DNA from: an uncultured cyanobacterium | Lineage (GTDB): Bacteria; Cyanobacteriota; Cyanobacteriia; Cyanobacteriales; Cyanobacteriaceae | Reading direction: 5' to 3' | NCBI GenBank assembly: GCA_963710605.1 | Contig: CAVQBA010000004.1 | Location: 480,001 to 544,000 of the forward strand | Length of the DNA stretch: 64,000 nucleotides | Shown here: piece by piece, positions 23,622 to 33,660 of the stretch | Position numbering within the stretch: position 1 is the first letter of the stretch | Layout: every line of letters starts with the position of its first letter | The notes under the pieces: model-generated | What the model was told of the DNA's origin: nothing | Seen by the model: the letters and a program-made list of their open reading frames with translations, nothing else | The model's database searches: none | Position numbers and translations under genes: made by a program

Positions 23622-23824
23622 TATAGCAATTATTAGTATTATGAATCACATATCGATCCCCCGCTCATCCCCATCCCCCTTGCCACGGGGCTTACAAGCA
23701 CCTAAAATCAATTCAGGTGACAGCCCCTTCCCTTTGTAAGGGGGAAATTTAAGGATGCTTCGCTTTTATTTTGTGGGGGACTTACAAATATAAGCTGTAC
23801 CTCGTAAAGATGGGAAATGCTATA
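23622..23824. mobile_element. MITE-like element (TATAGCA...TGCTATA) carrying a nested ~43-bp hairpin at 23686-23729
   Basis: Terminal inverted repeats; right half matches 59845-59940; nested unit matches 43000-43043. Confidence 0.7.
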
Positions 23825-24191
23825 AATGAATACAGTTATATCTCTATTTAGTTTACGAATTAAAATTATCATAGATAAGAATTAACCATTTATATTTAAC
23901 CTTAAACCAACGATCGTTTTATCGTAAATTGTTAACTCTTGATAAGTTTTGCTTTGATTTGCAACTAAATTTTAACATCGTTACTCAGAAAGTTAAAAAA
24001 TGTAAATCATAATTGATGTAATAAGTCAAGTTATTTAATTTTGTTTTAAGATTCTTGACAAATAAGTGACAATCTAAAATTAAACGATTAACGTGGAAAG
24101 TAAGAAATATTAAATAAATATAAAATTCAATCAAGCACTGATAATTGTGAGTTGATTAAGTAGATAGGTAATTTATTAAAGAGGTCAAAAA

Positions 24192-24566
24192 ATGGATGTG
24201 TGGTTATCGTTATTTTTTTCAGTAGTACTAACTAGTTTAGTCAGTTTTTCCATTCCTTTAATTATTTGTTTATGCTTACTTGGTAGTCTGAATGTAATGT
24301 CTCATCTGAGTTTAATTGAAGGATGGGCGAATAGTGCTTACGAGAATACATGGCGGTTTTTTGCTGTGTTTGGGGAAGGCTCACCTTGGAGTGGTATTTT
24401 GATGATTGCTTCGGCTAGTGCTATTGTTGGTTTAGCATTTGAGTTGTTAAATTTTTATCGTTACGAGACTTTAATTAATCGTCGTTTTTCTAAGTCTTAT
24501 TTACCAAGTAAAAAAGTAGTTGAATTAGTTACTAAAATTGTTTATCAATCGAACGGTCGTAAATAA
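24192..24566 (+). CDS. Small membrane protein, unknown function
   Basis: GAGG RBS; two hydrophobic segments. Confidence 0.7.
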   Translation: MDVWLSLFFSVVLTSLVSFSIPLIICLCLLGSLNVMSHLSLIEGWANSAYENTWRFFAVFGEGSPWSGILMIASASAIVGLAFELLNFYRYETLINRRFSKSYLPSKKVVELVTKIVYQSNGRK

Positions 24567-24653
24567 TGAATAATTAATAATTAAAGAAAACGTAAAATGT
24601 CTTAACCTAAAAGGTAGTAGTAATTGTTAACTATTAACTCATAACTATGAGAG

Positions 24654-25454
24654 TTAGTCACCTAGATAAGCAGAAAGCACCGATTCATTTTGTTGAATAT
24701 TTTCAGGAGTGCCATCAGCTAAATTACTTCCTTCTGCCAAAACCCAGACATGAGAGCAAACAGACATAATGACATCCATATTATGTTCAATAATTAAAAA
24801 AGAAATTCCTCTTTTATTCCAAGTGATAATATGTTCACAAATTTGATTGATTAAAGTAGGATTAACACCAGCGGCTGGTTCATCTAATAAAATAAGTTGA
24901 GGGTTAGTCATCAAAGTTCGAGCTATTTCTAGTAATTTACGTTGCCCGCCAGATAAAGCACCTGCATAATCATATGCTTTCTCGATTAAACCCACAGATT
25001 CTAAAATACTCAAAGCTTTTTCTTTACTTTCTCTTTCTTGACGGCGAATTTTTTGAGGTTGAGTGATTACTGATAATAAATTTTCACCGATTTGATTTTG
25101 AGTACCTAATAACATATTTTCTAGCACTGTTAGACGAGATAAGACTCTGGCAACTTGAAAAGTACGAACAAAACCTTTTCTTGCAATTTGATGAGGTGGC
25201 AAATTTTGAATTGATTCACCATTAAACAAAACTTGACCTTCGTCTGCCACAATAAAATTGGATAATAAATTGAATAGGGTGCTTTTTCCTGCACCGTTTG
25301 GTCCAATTAAACCTGTAATAGTATTGGTTTTTACCGCTAAACGAGCTTGATTAACTGCTTTTAAACCACCAAAACTTTTAGATAAATTATCTGCTTGTAA
25401 AATAAATTCGCTCGGTTGAGATTGATGACTCGAATCCATTGTAATTAATTTCAA
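24654..25454 (-). CDS. Branched-chain/neutral amino acid ABC transporter ATP-binding protein (LivG/NatA-like)
   Basis: GPNGAGKS, LSGGQ, LLDEPAAG, IEH. Confidence 0.92.
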   Translation of the reverse strand: MKLITMDSSHQSQPSEFILQADNLSKSFGGLKAVNQARLAVKTNTITGLIGPNGAGKSTLFNLLSNFIVADEGQVLFNGESIQNLPPHQIARKGFVRTFQVARVLSRLTVLENMLLGTQNQIGENLLSVITQPQKIRRQERESKEKALSILESVGLIEKAYDYAGALSGGQRKLLEIARTLMTNPQLILLDEPAAGVNPTLINQICEHIITWNKRGISFLIIEHNMDVIMSVCSHVWVLAEGSNLADGTPENIQQNESVLSAYLGD

Positions 25455-25963
25455 ATTGCCTTAAAGGTGATAATTATAACATCGTTACGCAGATAGTTTG
25501 AACAATCAATAAATTTGAGTTTTTACTCTTCTTAATTTGTTTTCTGTTTTGCCATATAATAAGTAATAAAATCAGCTAATTAATTAATAGATAACGTTCT
25601 TAATAGTACAAAACCATGTTGAAGCAAGATAGTCAAGACTAAGACAAACCAATCAAAATATTAGCTAATTGACTCGGTGTGGTATTAAATTATTTATAGT
25701 TTAGTCTTCTAAATCGACTTTGTTGGGTAAATTAGTAATTAAGGTTAATTGATCAGATTAATTTTTATAAGTAGAACAAAAGTAAGCAGTGAGTAATTCT
25801 TTAAAATAAGGACAATTATAGCCAAAAAGTTCGCAATAATTGATTAAACAGATTAAACTGAATTCAGTTAATCAATATGATATTTAAAGATAAAATTAGT
25901 AACTATAAGATTGTAGTTAACAAAAACGTTATTTGAAGATAAATCGTTAAGGGAAAATAATTT

Positions 25964-27544
25964 GTGTTGTATTTGGCAGAAGTTAAAGCTCAAAATAGAG
26001 GTTTCGTTGGTGGCTACAAAACTGAACTCAAGTTGTTGGCTTCACAAGAAGCTGATCAAACGTGGAATAGCGTGTCGTCTAGTAATCATGTAGTTAATGT
26101 CGAAAGTATTAACGAATCAGCTAGTAAGGGTACTCTTTATATTCTTAATTTAGATAGTAATCAACAGTCTCAAGCACAACCTGAGTTAGCTGGAAATCGA
26201 ATTGTTAATTATTTGAGATATCTATCTCGTGCCTTGGAAAAATCCAAAAATTTGGAAATAGAGATTGAAGAATGGAAAGATTCTTTAAAATTACAAGGGG
26301 AGCAAATTGGAAAGCGACAAAATGAATTAGATCAACAACAACAAATAATTAGTCAACAACAGCAAAATGTCGCTAAGTTAGAACAAGAAAAAGAACAACT
26401 TAACGGTGCATGGGAACAATTAAGATCTGAGCAATCACGTTCTAATCAAGCTAAAAACAAGTTAGCTGAGTTGTTACAAGAATTAAATAGTAATAGCTCT
26501 CAACCACAAAATATAGCTGATTTCCTGACTATTATCGATCGACAACAGCAATTGTTAAATACTTATTGGCAACAATTAGAGTCAGAAAAAAATTCTTTAT
26601 CAAGTGGCGAAAATGACTTAAAAACTAAACAAAGTCAATTAGAAGAATCTCGTCAACAATTAGATAACTTACAAAACCAACTACAATCAGTTCTAATCAA
26701 GCTCACATCTAATCAAAATTTGGTTTTAGAAAAAGAAGAGGCACTTAAACAATGCTCAGCTCAATTAGAAATAATTGAGAGTCTAGAACAAGAAGTGTTG
26801 ATGATTGCGGATGATGATGAAGATAACGTTACTGATACAAATGTTTTAGAAGGTATGCCTTTAGGAGATTTAGAAAATATAGTCAATCAATTACAACAAG
26901 AAACTTCTAAATTAGTTAATTTTGTTAATTTGCAAGAAGAAGAGCTTTCTTTACAATCAGATGAAGTAAAATCAATCGAGCAACAAATCAATCAATCAAA
27001 TGCGGTTGAAAAATTTAGTCTTGAAACCGAGCTAGCTGATGCTAAAGAAGCAATGAAGTTATTAAATGAAACTTTGGTTGGGCAAAGAAAAACTTTAAAA
27101 AGACAACAAAAAACTTTAAACAAACATTTAAAAATTTTAACTCGTCGTAAAGGTGTCGCTGATATTGATTTTAGCCAAAATATAAATGTCAAACCATTAC
27201 TAACTCAAATTACTAATCAACGTCAACTGGCGATGGAAAAGAAAGCGAACCTAACTAGCGAAATAGAGCAGTTAAATTTACTCATTAATCAATTAGAAGA
27301 ACAATTACCTACATTACAACAAGAATATCAAGAACAAAAAGAACAAGCTCAAGCTAAAGAAAAACAATTACTACAGATTTATCAACAAGTAACCGAGACA
27401 GAATGTAATCTCAGTTTATTAGAACAACTACTTGAACCAATCCAAGAGCAAGTAAGTATCATGACTGAAAAGATTTCAACTTTCCAACCACAACAAGATA
27501 GTAACATGACTGATTTACTTAACCAATTGCAATCGCTTCTTTAA
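25964..27544 (+). CDS. hmpF: Pilus motility/taxis coiled-coil protein HmpF
   Basis: MLYLAEV N-terminus, EIEEWKDSL, FVNLQEEEL, LNETLVGQR, long coiled coil. Confidence 0.8.
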   Translation: MLYLAEVKAQNRGFVGGYKTELKLLASQEADQTWNSVSSSNHVVNVESINESASKGTLYILNLDSNQQSQAQPELAGNRIVNYLRYLSRALEKSKNLEIEIEEWKDSLKLQGEQIGKRQNELDQQQQIISQQQQNVAKLEQEKEQLNGAWEQLRSEQSRSNQAKNKLAELLQELNSNSSQPQNIADFLTIIDRQQQLLNTYWQQLESEKNSLSSGENDLKTKQSQLEESRQQLDNLQNQLQSVLIKLTSNQNLVLEKEEALKQCSAQLEIIESLEQEVLMIADDDEDNVTDTNVLEGMPLGDLENIVNQLQQETSKLVNFVNLQEEELSLQSDEVKSIEQQINQSNAVEKFSLETELADAKEAMKLLNETLVGQRKTLKRQQKTLNKHLKILTRRKGVADIDFSQNINVKPLLTQITNQRQLAMEKKANLTSEIEQLNLLINQLEEQLPTLQQEYQEQKEQAQAKEKQLLQIYQQVTETECNLSLLEQLLEPIQEQVSIMTEKISTFQPQQDSNMTDLLNQLQSLL

Positions 27545-27594
27545 AATAGACGATCGATCGTATTAATCTAAAAATAGCATTCTTTAATTGATGA

Positions 27595-27755
27595 TATAGT
27601 CATTTCAATTAATATTGAGACAGCGTTAATAATAGCAAAAATGTGAGCATAAACACCGCCTTGAATTGTCATTACAAGGCTAAAATAATCCGTTTAATAA
27701 ATTAAACTAAAATCTAATTTCAAAAATTGTCTCATCGTTATTTTAAACTACTATA
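27595..27755. mobile_element. ~160-bp MITE family copy
   Basis: TATAGTCATTTCAATTAATATTGAGACA...TGTCTCATCGTTATTTTAAACTACTATA. Confidence 0.75.
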
Positions 27756-27762
27756 ACTTGCC

Positions 27763-28476
27763 GTGAATCTATCTTCTATCTCCTTACTTGTTCTTACTCT
27801 ATTTATCTGCCTGATAGATAATTGCCCAACAAATGCTCAATCATTAGATATTCCAGAAGCGAGTATTGAGTTTGATGTTGATCCAACTATCATTGAAAAC
27901 AGCCCTGTTATCCAAGAATGGATACAAGAAATTCCTGATATATCAGAAAAAATTCGTAATGAGCCAAGTTTTCCTACCTTAGTCCGTTTTGGTTATAGTC
28001 AGTTTCCTTCTAATTATCATTCTGGTGGAATTTACATCGGGGTAGAAGACGTTTTTTTAGGTCAGACTCCTTTGACTTTTAGTGGTGAATATAATACTAG
28101 TGTAAGTGATGATTCTTCTAGAGATAATCGGCTTTCAGTGGGTGGCAATCTCAAATACTATCTTTTACCTTTAGGAAATTATGTTAATATCGCTCCAATT
28201 GTCGGTTACAAGTATATCGAAACAGGAGATTATCATACCGATGGTTTAAATGTAGGAGTTAAATTGATTTTAGCTTTATCGCCTAAAGGGGCGGCTGATG
28301 TTTATTTTGCTCATAGTTTTATTTCTCCTACTAGTGACGATGAAGTCGCTATCACTGAGTTAGGTGCAGGATATGCTATTACTGAAAGTATTCGTTTGTC
28401 TGCTGGTATAAAATGGCAAAATTCGATCGAAAACAATGATTCTCAGGTTAATATTGGTTTGGAGTGGATACCCTAA
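27763..28476 (+). CDS. Secreted/outer-membrane beta-barrel-like hypothetical protein
   Basis: Signal peptide, alternating beta-strand pattern, terminal aromatic residue. Confidence 0.6.
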   Translation: MNLSSISLLVLTLFICLIDNCPTNAQSLDIPEASIEFDVDPTIIENSPVIQEWIQEIPDISEKIRNEPSFPTLVRFGYSQFPSNYHSGGIYIGVEDVFLGQTPLTFSGEYNTSVSDDSSRDNRLSVGGNLKYYLLPLGNYVNIAPIVGYKYIETGDYHTDGLNVGVKLILALSPKGAADVYFAHSFISPTSDDEVAITELGAGYAITESIRLSAGIKWQNSIENNDSQVNIGLEWIP

Positions 28477-28788
28477 TAGTTAAAAGTTAAGAGTTAAGAG
28501 TTAACAGTTGTAAGCTATAGGCTATAAGCTCTAAGCCCTAAGCTAAAGAGTAAGTTCAAAGTTAATTATTTTTTATCCTTCATCCTTCATTTCTCATCCC
28601 TCATCCTTACTCCTTACTCATCATCTGTCTGCGTAGTTTATCTAAGGTATAATTAGCACGAAGAAGGCGTATTTGTTCTTTAGACCTTTAATATATTAGA
28701 CATGATTTTTTCTTTTGACTGAAAAATAGAACTTAATTGAATTTACGATCAACTAAAATTTAAAATGTGAAAATTATCACTAATAACT

Positions 28789-28863
28789 CTCAACTCTTAA
28801 CTCTTAACTCTTAACTCTTAACTCTTAACTCTTAACTCTTAACTCTTAACTCTTAACTTTTAA
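28789..28863. repeat. (CTCTTAA)n heptamer array overlapping the cinA stop codon
   Basis: About 9-10 units read directly. Confidence 0.9.
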
Positions 28864-30123
28864 GAGTCGGCGTAGTTTATCTAGGGCATAACTAGCACTG
28901 AGAAGACGTACTTGTTCACGAGATCTTTTTTGACCTAATTTGAATTCGTAGCTTTCTACACTACCATCAGGCTTAGCTATACCTGCATAAACTAAACCTA
29001 CAGGTTTAGCTTCACTTCCGCCATCTGGTCCGGCAATTCCTGTTAGACTTATACTCCAATCAGTTTTCATTATTTTTTGAATACCTCTTGCCATTTCCAT
29101 AGCGACTTGAGGGGAAACTGCTCCGTATTGTGCCAAAGTTTGGCGAGAAACTCCTAAATGATCGATTTTAATTTGATTGCTATAACTAATTATGCCACCA
29201 TGAAAATAAGTTGAACTTCCGGCAACTTGAGTCAACATAGCACCTAAACCGCCACCTGTACAAGATTCGGCAACGCTGATAGTTTGCTTTCTTTGAGTTA
29301 ATAATTGACCGACAACAGAAGCGATCGTATCTTCATTATCACCGAAATAGTCATCTCCTGCGATCGTTTTGATTTCTTCAGCGATCGGATTAATTAATTG
29401 TTGAGCTAATTCAGAAGTAGTGGTTTTAGCGGCAACTCTTAAACGAACTTCTCCCATTGAAGCATAAGGTGCAACTGTCGGGTTAGTTAAATCAAATAAA
29501 TGATTAACTTTTTCGGCTAAATTAGATTCTCCTATACCCCGAAAACGCATCATCCGACTATAAATAATTTCTTTTCCCCATCCTTGACTTTTAAGAAACG
29601 GTACAGCAGTATCTCGCCACATCTGTTTCATTTCTGAGGGTACACCAGGGAAAGTTAAAATGGTTAATTTAGCTTGAGGGTTATTTGTCTGGTTTAAAAA
29701 AGGTTGCCAAATCATACCTGGTGCTGTACCTGTTACGTTAGGTAATATGTTCGCTCCTTCTGGAATTAAGGCTTGTTTGAGGTTATTAGCCGTCATTTCT
29801 CGACCTCTAGTGGCAAATTTGTCTTTAATATCCGTCACTAATTCGGGCTGACTAACTAATTCAGTCTTCAAAAAAGAGGCGATCGCTTCTGTGGTTAAAT
29901 CATCAGGAGTTGGTCCTAAACCGCCTGTGAAAATTAATATTTGCGATCGCCCGCTAGCTTTTTTAATTACAGAATGAATTCTCTCTAGGTTATCACCTAC
30001 TACTGTTTGATAATAATGGGGAATACCTAAATTCGCTAATTCTTGAGCTAGATATTGGGAGTTACTATTTAATATATCGCCTAATAATAATTCGGTTCCG
30101 ATACAAATAATTTCTGCACTCAT
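28846..30123 (-). CDS. cinA: Competence/damage-inducible protein CinA (MoCF-like + PncC domains)
   Basis: IGTELLLG, GGLGPTPDD, PGVPSEM, AESCTGG, TGIAGP. Confidence 0.95.
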   Translation of the reverse strand: MSAEIICIGTELLLGDILNSNSQYLAQELANLGIPHYYQTVVGDNLERIHSVIKKASGRSQILIFTGGLGPTPDDLTTEAIASFLKTELVSQPELVTDIKDKFATRGREMTANNLKQALIPEGANILPNVTGTAPGMIWQPFLNQTNNPQAKLTILTFPGVPSEMKQMWRDTAVPFLKSQGWGKEIIYSRMMRFRGIGESNLAEKVNHLFDLTNPTVAPYASMGEVRLRVAAKTTTSELAQQLINPIAEEIKTIAGDDYFGDNEDTIASVVGQLLTQRKQTISVAESCTGGGLGAMLTQVAGSSTYFHGGIISYSNQIKIDHLGVSRQTLAQYGAVSPQVAMEMARGIQKIMKTDWSISLTGIAGPDGGSEAKPVGLVYAGIAKPDGSVESYEFKLGQKRSREQVRLLSASYALDKLRRLLKVKS

Positions 30124-30261
30124 TTTTGATAGGTAATAGGTAATAGGGAATAGGGAATAGGGAATAGAAAAGTAAGTAATAAATATTAATTGTTATCTGT
30201 TCACTGTTAACGCCTTTTGCCTATTTTAACTGTTAATTGTTCATTGTTCATTGTTCATTGT

Positions 30262-31410
30262 TTACTGTTTTAAGCCTGATAATTTGAACAGTAAAAACTG
30301 ATTTCTTTGTTCTCCTGCTTTACTAAAATTATTATCACTAAGTAAGATTAAACTACGACTGCCATCAGCAAAACGAGGACCAAAAGTCATTCCTTCTAAG
30401 TTATCTAATTCTACGTCTTCTAATGTGCCTAAATCAAAAAGTAATTTTTTACGAATTGGTGCAACATTATCGATATTACCAGCCAAACTTTTAAACGTGG
30501 AAGTATCAGTAGCGTTCGCCATTACAATTTGATATATTTTGACTCCAAATCCGGTTAAACCAAAAGTTCTTTCTACACTTAATAAATTTCCTTCTTGAGG
30601 TAAGGCAAGTAAATCAGAAATACCGTGATACAGTGTACCAAAAATGGGATCATCCATCATATATAAATGTTCAGCTACAAGTATCGGTTGACCGATCGGG
30701 TTAATGACATAATGGAGCAAACGGCTTCTATTAAAAGTTTGAGGATTTTCTAAATCAATGTCTTGTCTTAATGCTGATTCGGTAACTGTGAATAAACGAA
30801 AGGGATCTTGTGGCATAAAGCCGTTAGCCTTAATAGTTAAGGATTCAAACCCTTGATTATTTTCAATGCCTGTTTTTTCTTCTCGATTAGGTATATATCG
30901 ATCGGGAATTCTGATGATGTTTAAAAGATTTCCTTCTAAGTCAAATTCTTGAATAAAAGGTGGTACATCTTTATTAGCAAACCCTTCACTACTAACATAT
31001 AAAGTTTTTTTCGGGCTTAGTGAAACAGCTTCAGTATCGATCGAGCCAACCGAATATGTTTCTCCTTCTTCATTTTTAAAAAAATTAACGTCTTTCAATT
31101 TAATTTGTTGAATTTCTTCGTTATCAATATCGATATCGAGGGTATAAAAACGAGCAGGAGAAAAAAAAGCACGATCGTCAGAAACGACATAATATTGATT
31201 TAATTGACGATCGTAAGTAATACCTGAAAAACCACCAACTGTTGTATCTTGATAAGTCGTATCGGTTAATTCAGACTCACCTAAAAATTCTAAGTTCAAA
31301 TTTAAAAATAATCGCTCATCTTTTGCCGATGCCGTCAAATTACTATTAGTAAAAATCAAGCTCAAAAAACAAACACAAACGATTAACGATCGAAATAACT
31401 GACTAAACAT
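30262..31410 (-). CDS. Esterase-like activity of phytase family protein
   Basis: GGFSGI, SDD, NQGFESL, DNLEG, SDNNF. Confidence 0.85.
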   Translation of the reverse strand: MFSQLFRSLIVCVCFLSLIFTNSNLTASAKDERLFLNLNLEFLGESELTDTTYQDTTVGGFSGITYDRQLNQYYVVSDDRAFFSPARFYTLDIDIDNEEIQQIKLKDVNFFKNEEGETYSVGSIDTEAVSLSPKKTLYVSSEGFANKDVPPFIQEFDLEGNLLNIIRIPDRYIPNREEKTGIENNQGFESLTIKANGFMPQDPFRLFTVTESALRQDIDLENPQTFNRSRLLHYVINPIGQPILVAEHLYMMDDPIFGTLYHGISDLLALPQEGNLLSVERTFGLTGFGVKIYQIVMANATDTSTFKSLAGNIDNVAPIRKKLLFDLGTLEDVELDNLEGMTFGPRFADGSRSLILLSDNNFSKAGEQRNQFLLFKLSGLKQ

Positions 31411-31486
31411 ATTAACTATTAACTATTAACTATTAACTATTTATACTGAGTTTCGACTATCGCTCAACTTCCGCTTAGTCGAAGTA

Positions 31487-32092
31487 TTAGAATGATTGCT
31501 CAAATAATTCTCTAGTCATTGGTTGATCAACCATCAGCCCTTCACCACCTAAAACTTCTAATGGTTCTCCATCAATACTAATCCAGACAGGGGCATTATT
31601 ATCTAAAGAAGTCGCTGTATAAACAATTTGACCTAAACGTCCAATCATCGAAGCTGAACCACCACCTTCAGTGAACTGCGAAGACAAATCAATATGGATA
31701 CCATCACCTTCGACTGTCAATTCTTTTAATTGAGTCTGATTAGGAATAGCGGAGTCAGTAAGTTCATTCGTTAATAGATAATTAAAACTACTAGTCAAAG
31801 TATCTTGAGGATTATTTGTTTGTTTAATGCTAACAGTTTGAGGTGATACTTCTAAATCATCATTCAGTAAATAAATCGCAACCTCTTGTTGCGGTATCTC
31901 ATCTGGCGTTTTTGTTGTTGTATCACCAGGTTGTACTTCTACAGGTGGATTTTGCTCGACTACAGGAGATTTATCTTCAAACTTACCATAAGTATATAAA
32001 GCCGCCAAACTTCCCCCAACTAATACTGCCGTCGCCACGGAGGCAATTAGTTTTCCTGAAAAAAAAGAATTGTTTTTTTGTTCTTCTGCCAT
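31487..32092 (-). CDS. GerMN domain protein
   Basis: TM then AIP..T.L, DLS..F..GGGS, QIVYTATS. Confidence 0.85.
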   Translation of the reverse strand: MAEEQKNNSFFSGKLIASVATAVLVGGSLAALYTYGKFEDKSPVVEQNPPVEVQPGDTTTKTPDEIPQQEVAIYLLNDDLEVSPQTVSIKQTNNPQDTLTSSFNYLLTNELTDSAIPNQTQLKELTVEGDGIHIDLSSQFTEGGGSASMIGRLGQIVYTATSLDNNAPVWISIDGEPLEVLGGEGLMVDQPMTRELFEQSF

Positions 32093-32135
32093 AATTTTAA
32101 TAGTTACCTAAGATACGATTTATTTTAGTCAATTT

Positions 32136-32933
32136 TTATGGAGATTGAGGCTGAATATGAGCAAATCCTGCCACTGCTATCTTATCTTCATTTATCTCAA
32201 ATTGTAGTAATCTCAGGGTTATACCTGATTTTTCTAACCCTTGTAAAGTTAAATTACTATTGATATTCTCACTAAATCCTTTTAATAGTGTAGATGATAG
32301 TTTCCGATCGTTTAATGTTCCTTCAATATCCTTAATTTTCAACTGATAACCTTTAATTACCTCTAAACCAAATTCTAAACGAATATTCAATTCTTCTTCA
32401 CCTCGAAAAGCTAATTTTACTTTACTATCTACAGCCAAACGATTATTTGGTAACAAATCAAAATCTAGTGCAACAATATCTATGCGCTCATTTTTTTGGG
32501 ATATTTGTTCAACAACCGACTTAACTTGATTTGACAAAAATAAATCATTCAAATTTTCTTCAGTCACCACAACACGCCATCCCATATTCAAAGGAGTTTG
32601 CAATATTTGTTGTAAATTTGGTCGTTTTTCCTCACCGCTAGTCGATGATAAACTACGTAATATTGGTAAATCTACTTTTACCTTATCCGTTTCTAATTGT
32701 AATAATTCAACTTGAATATTTTCTCTTATCTCCCACTCCTTCAAGTTAAGTTTGATACTATCTATTTCTCCTTTTAGCAATTGATGAGTCGGCACATTTT
32801 CCACTCTGACATCTACTTCCTCTATTTCGATTGATTGTCTAGTGATGATTTTAGTTAAAGAATTGTTAATAATAATTCCACCCACTGATAATCCAGATAT
32901 TATAATCGTAAGCAAACTAACTACTATTTCCAT
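32136..32933 (-). CDS. DUF2993/LmeA-like protein
   Basis: N-terminal TM; VEN.P..QLLKG.ID, TEENLN pattern. Confidence 0.7.
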   Translation of the reverse strand: MEIVVSLLTIIISGLSVGGIIINNSLTKIITRQSIEIEEVDVRVENVPTHQLLKGEIDSIKLNLKEWEIRENIQVELLQLETDKVKVDLPILRSLSSTSGEEKRPNLQQILQTPLNMGWRVVVTEENLNDLFLSNQVKSVVEQISQKNERIDIVALDFDLLPNNRLAVDSKVKLAFRGEEELNIRLEFGLEVIKGYQLKIKDIEGTLNDRKLSSTLLKGFSENINSNLTLQGLEKSGITLRLLQFEINEDKIAVAGFAHIQPQSP

Positions 32934-33660
32934 TTTAGATACAGTTACTGATTGAGTATAAATATTGTATTTTACTATTTAATAATTTTTAATTAAATTT
33001 CAATTCTCTTATCTAGCAAAAAATGAATAGATTAGGATATTTTGATTCCGTGTGCATTTTTCTTTGATTACGGGGTACAGTAATACTATAATGTTCACAC
33101 TCACTGGCTAGTTGCTATACACTCAAAACAAAATATATTATTTTAATTTGAAAGATATACTTGTTATTATTAAATAAATGATGATTACCTTAGTACAATA
33201 ACTATTTAAATAAATATAATCATTTTTCATTGATTACCTATTTCACTTCAAAAGCGATAAATCAGTTATTATCTGATTTAGCTTGTCTTTTTGTCTTTTT
33301 GTCGATCGTGTAATTGTGAATATGTGAATCGAGAAATTTAGCTAAATGTCTGTTATTAGTAATTTATTTAATTAATAAAAAACAGAAATTGTTATTGAGC
33401 GTTGATATTGACTTAATGTAAGTAGATAAATATTTTTATTCAACTAAACTAGATTAACACTTATCCAAGTTTAGGATCTATTAAATATTTTTAAGATAAT
33501 TATTTACAGTGGGAATAATCTGATCAAGAGTTCGGATTAATTAATTAGTTGTTAGTAATAAATAGTAATCAATTTGGTACATCTTATTAATTAACGTTTT
33601 TATTAAGATCATTCACAAATTATTAATCACTTAAAGATTATTAATCAATTCCATAAAAGA

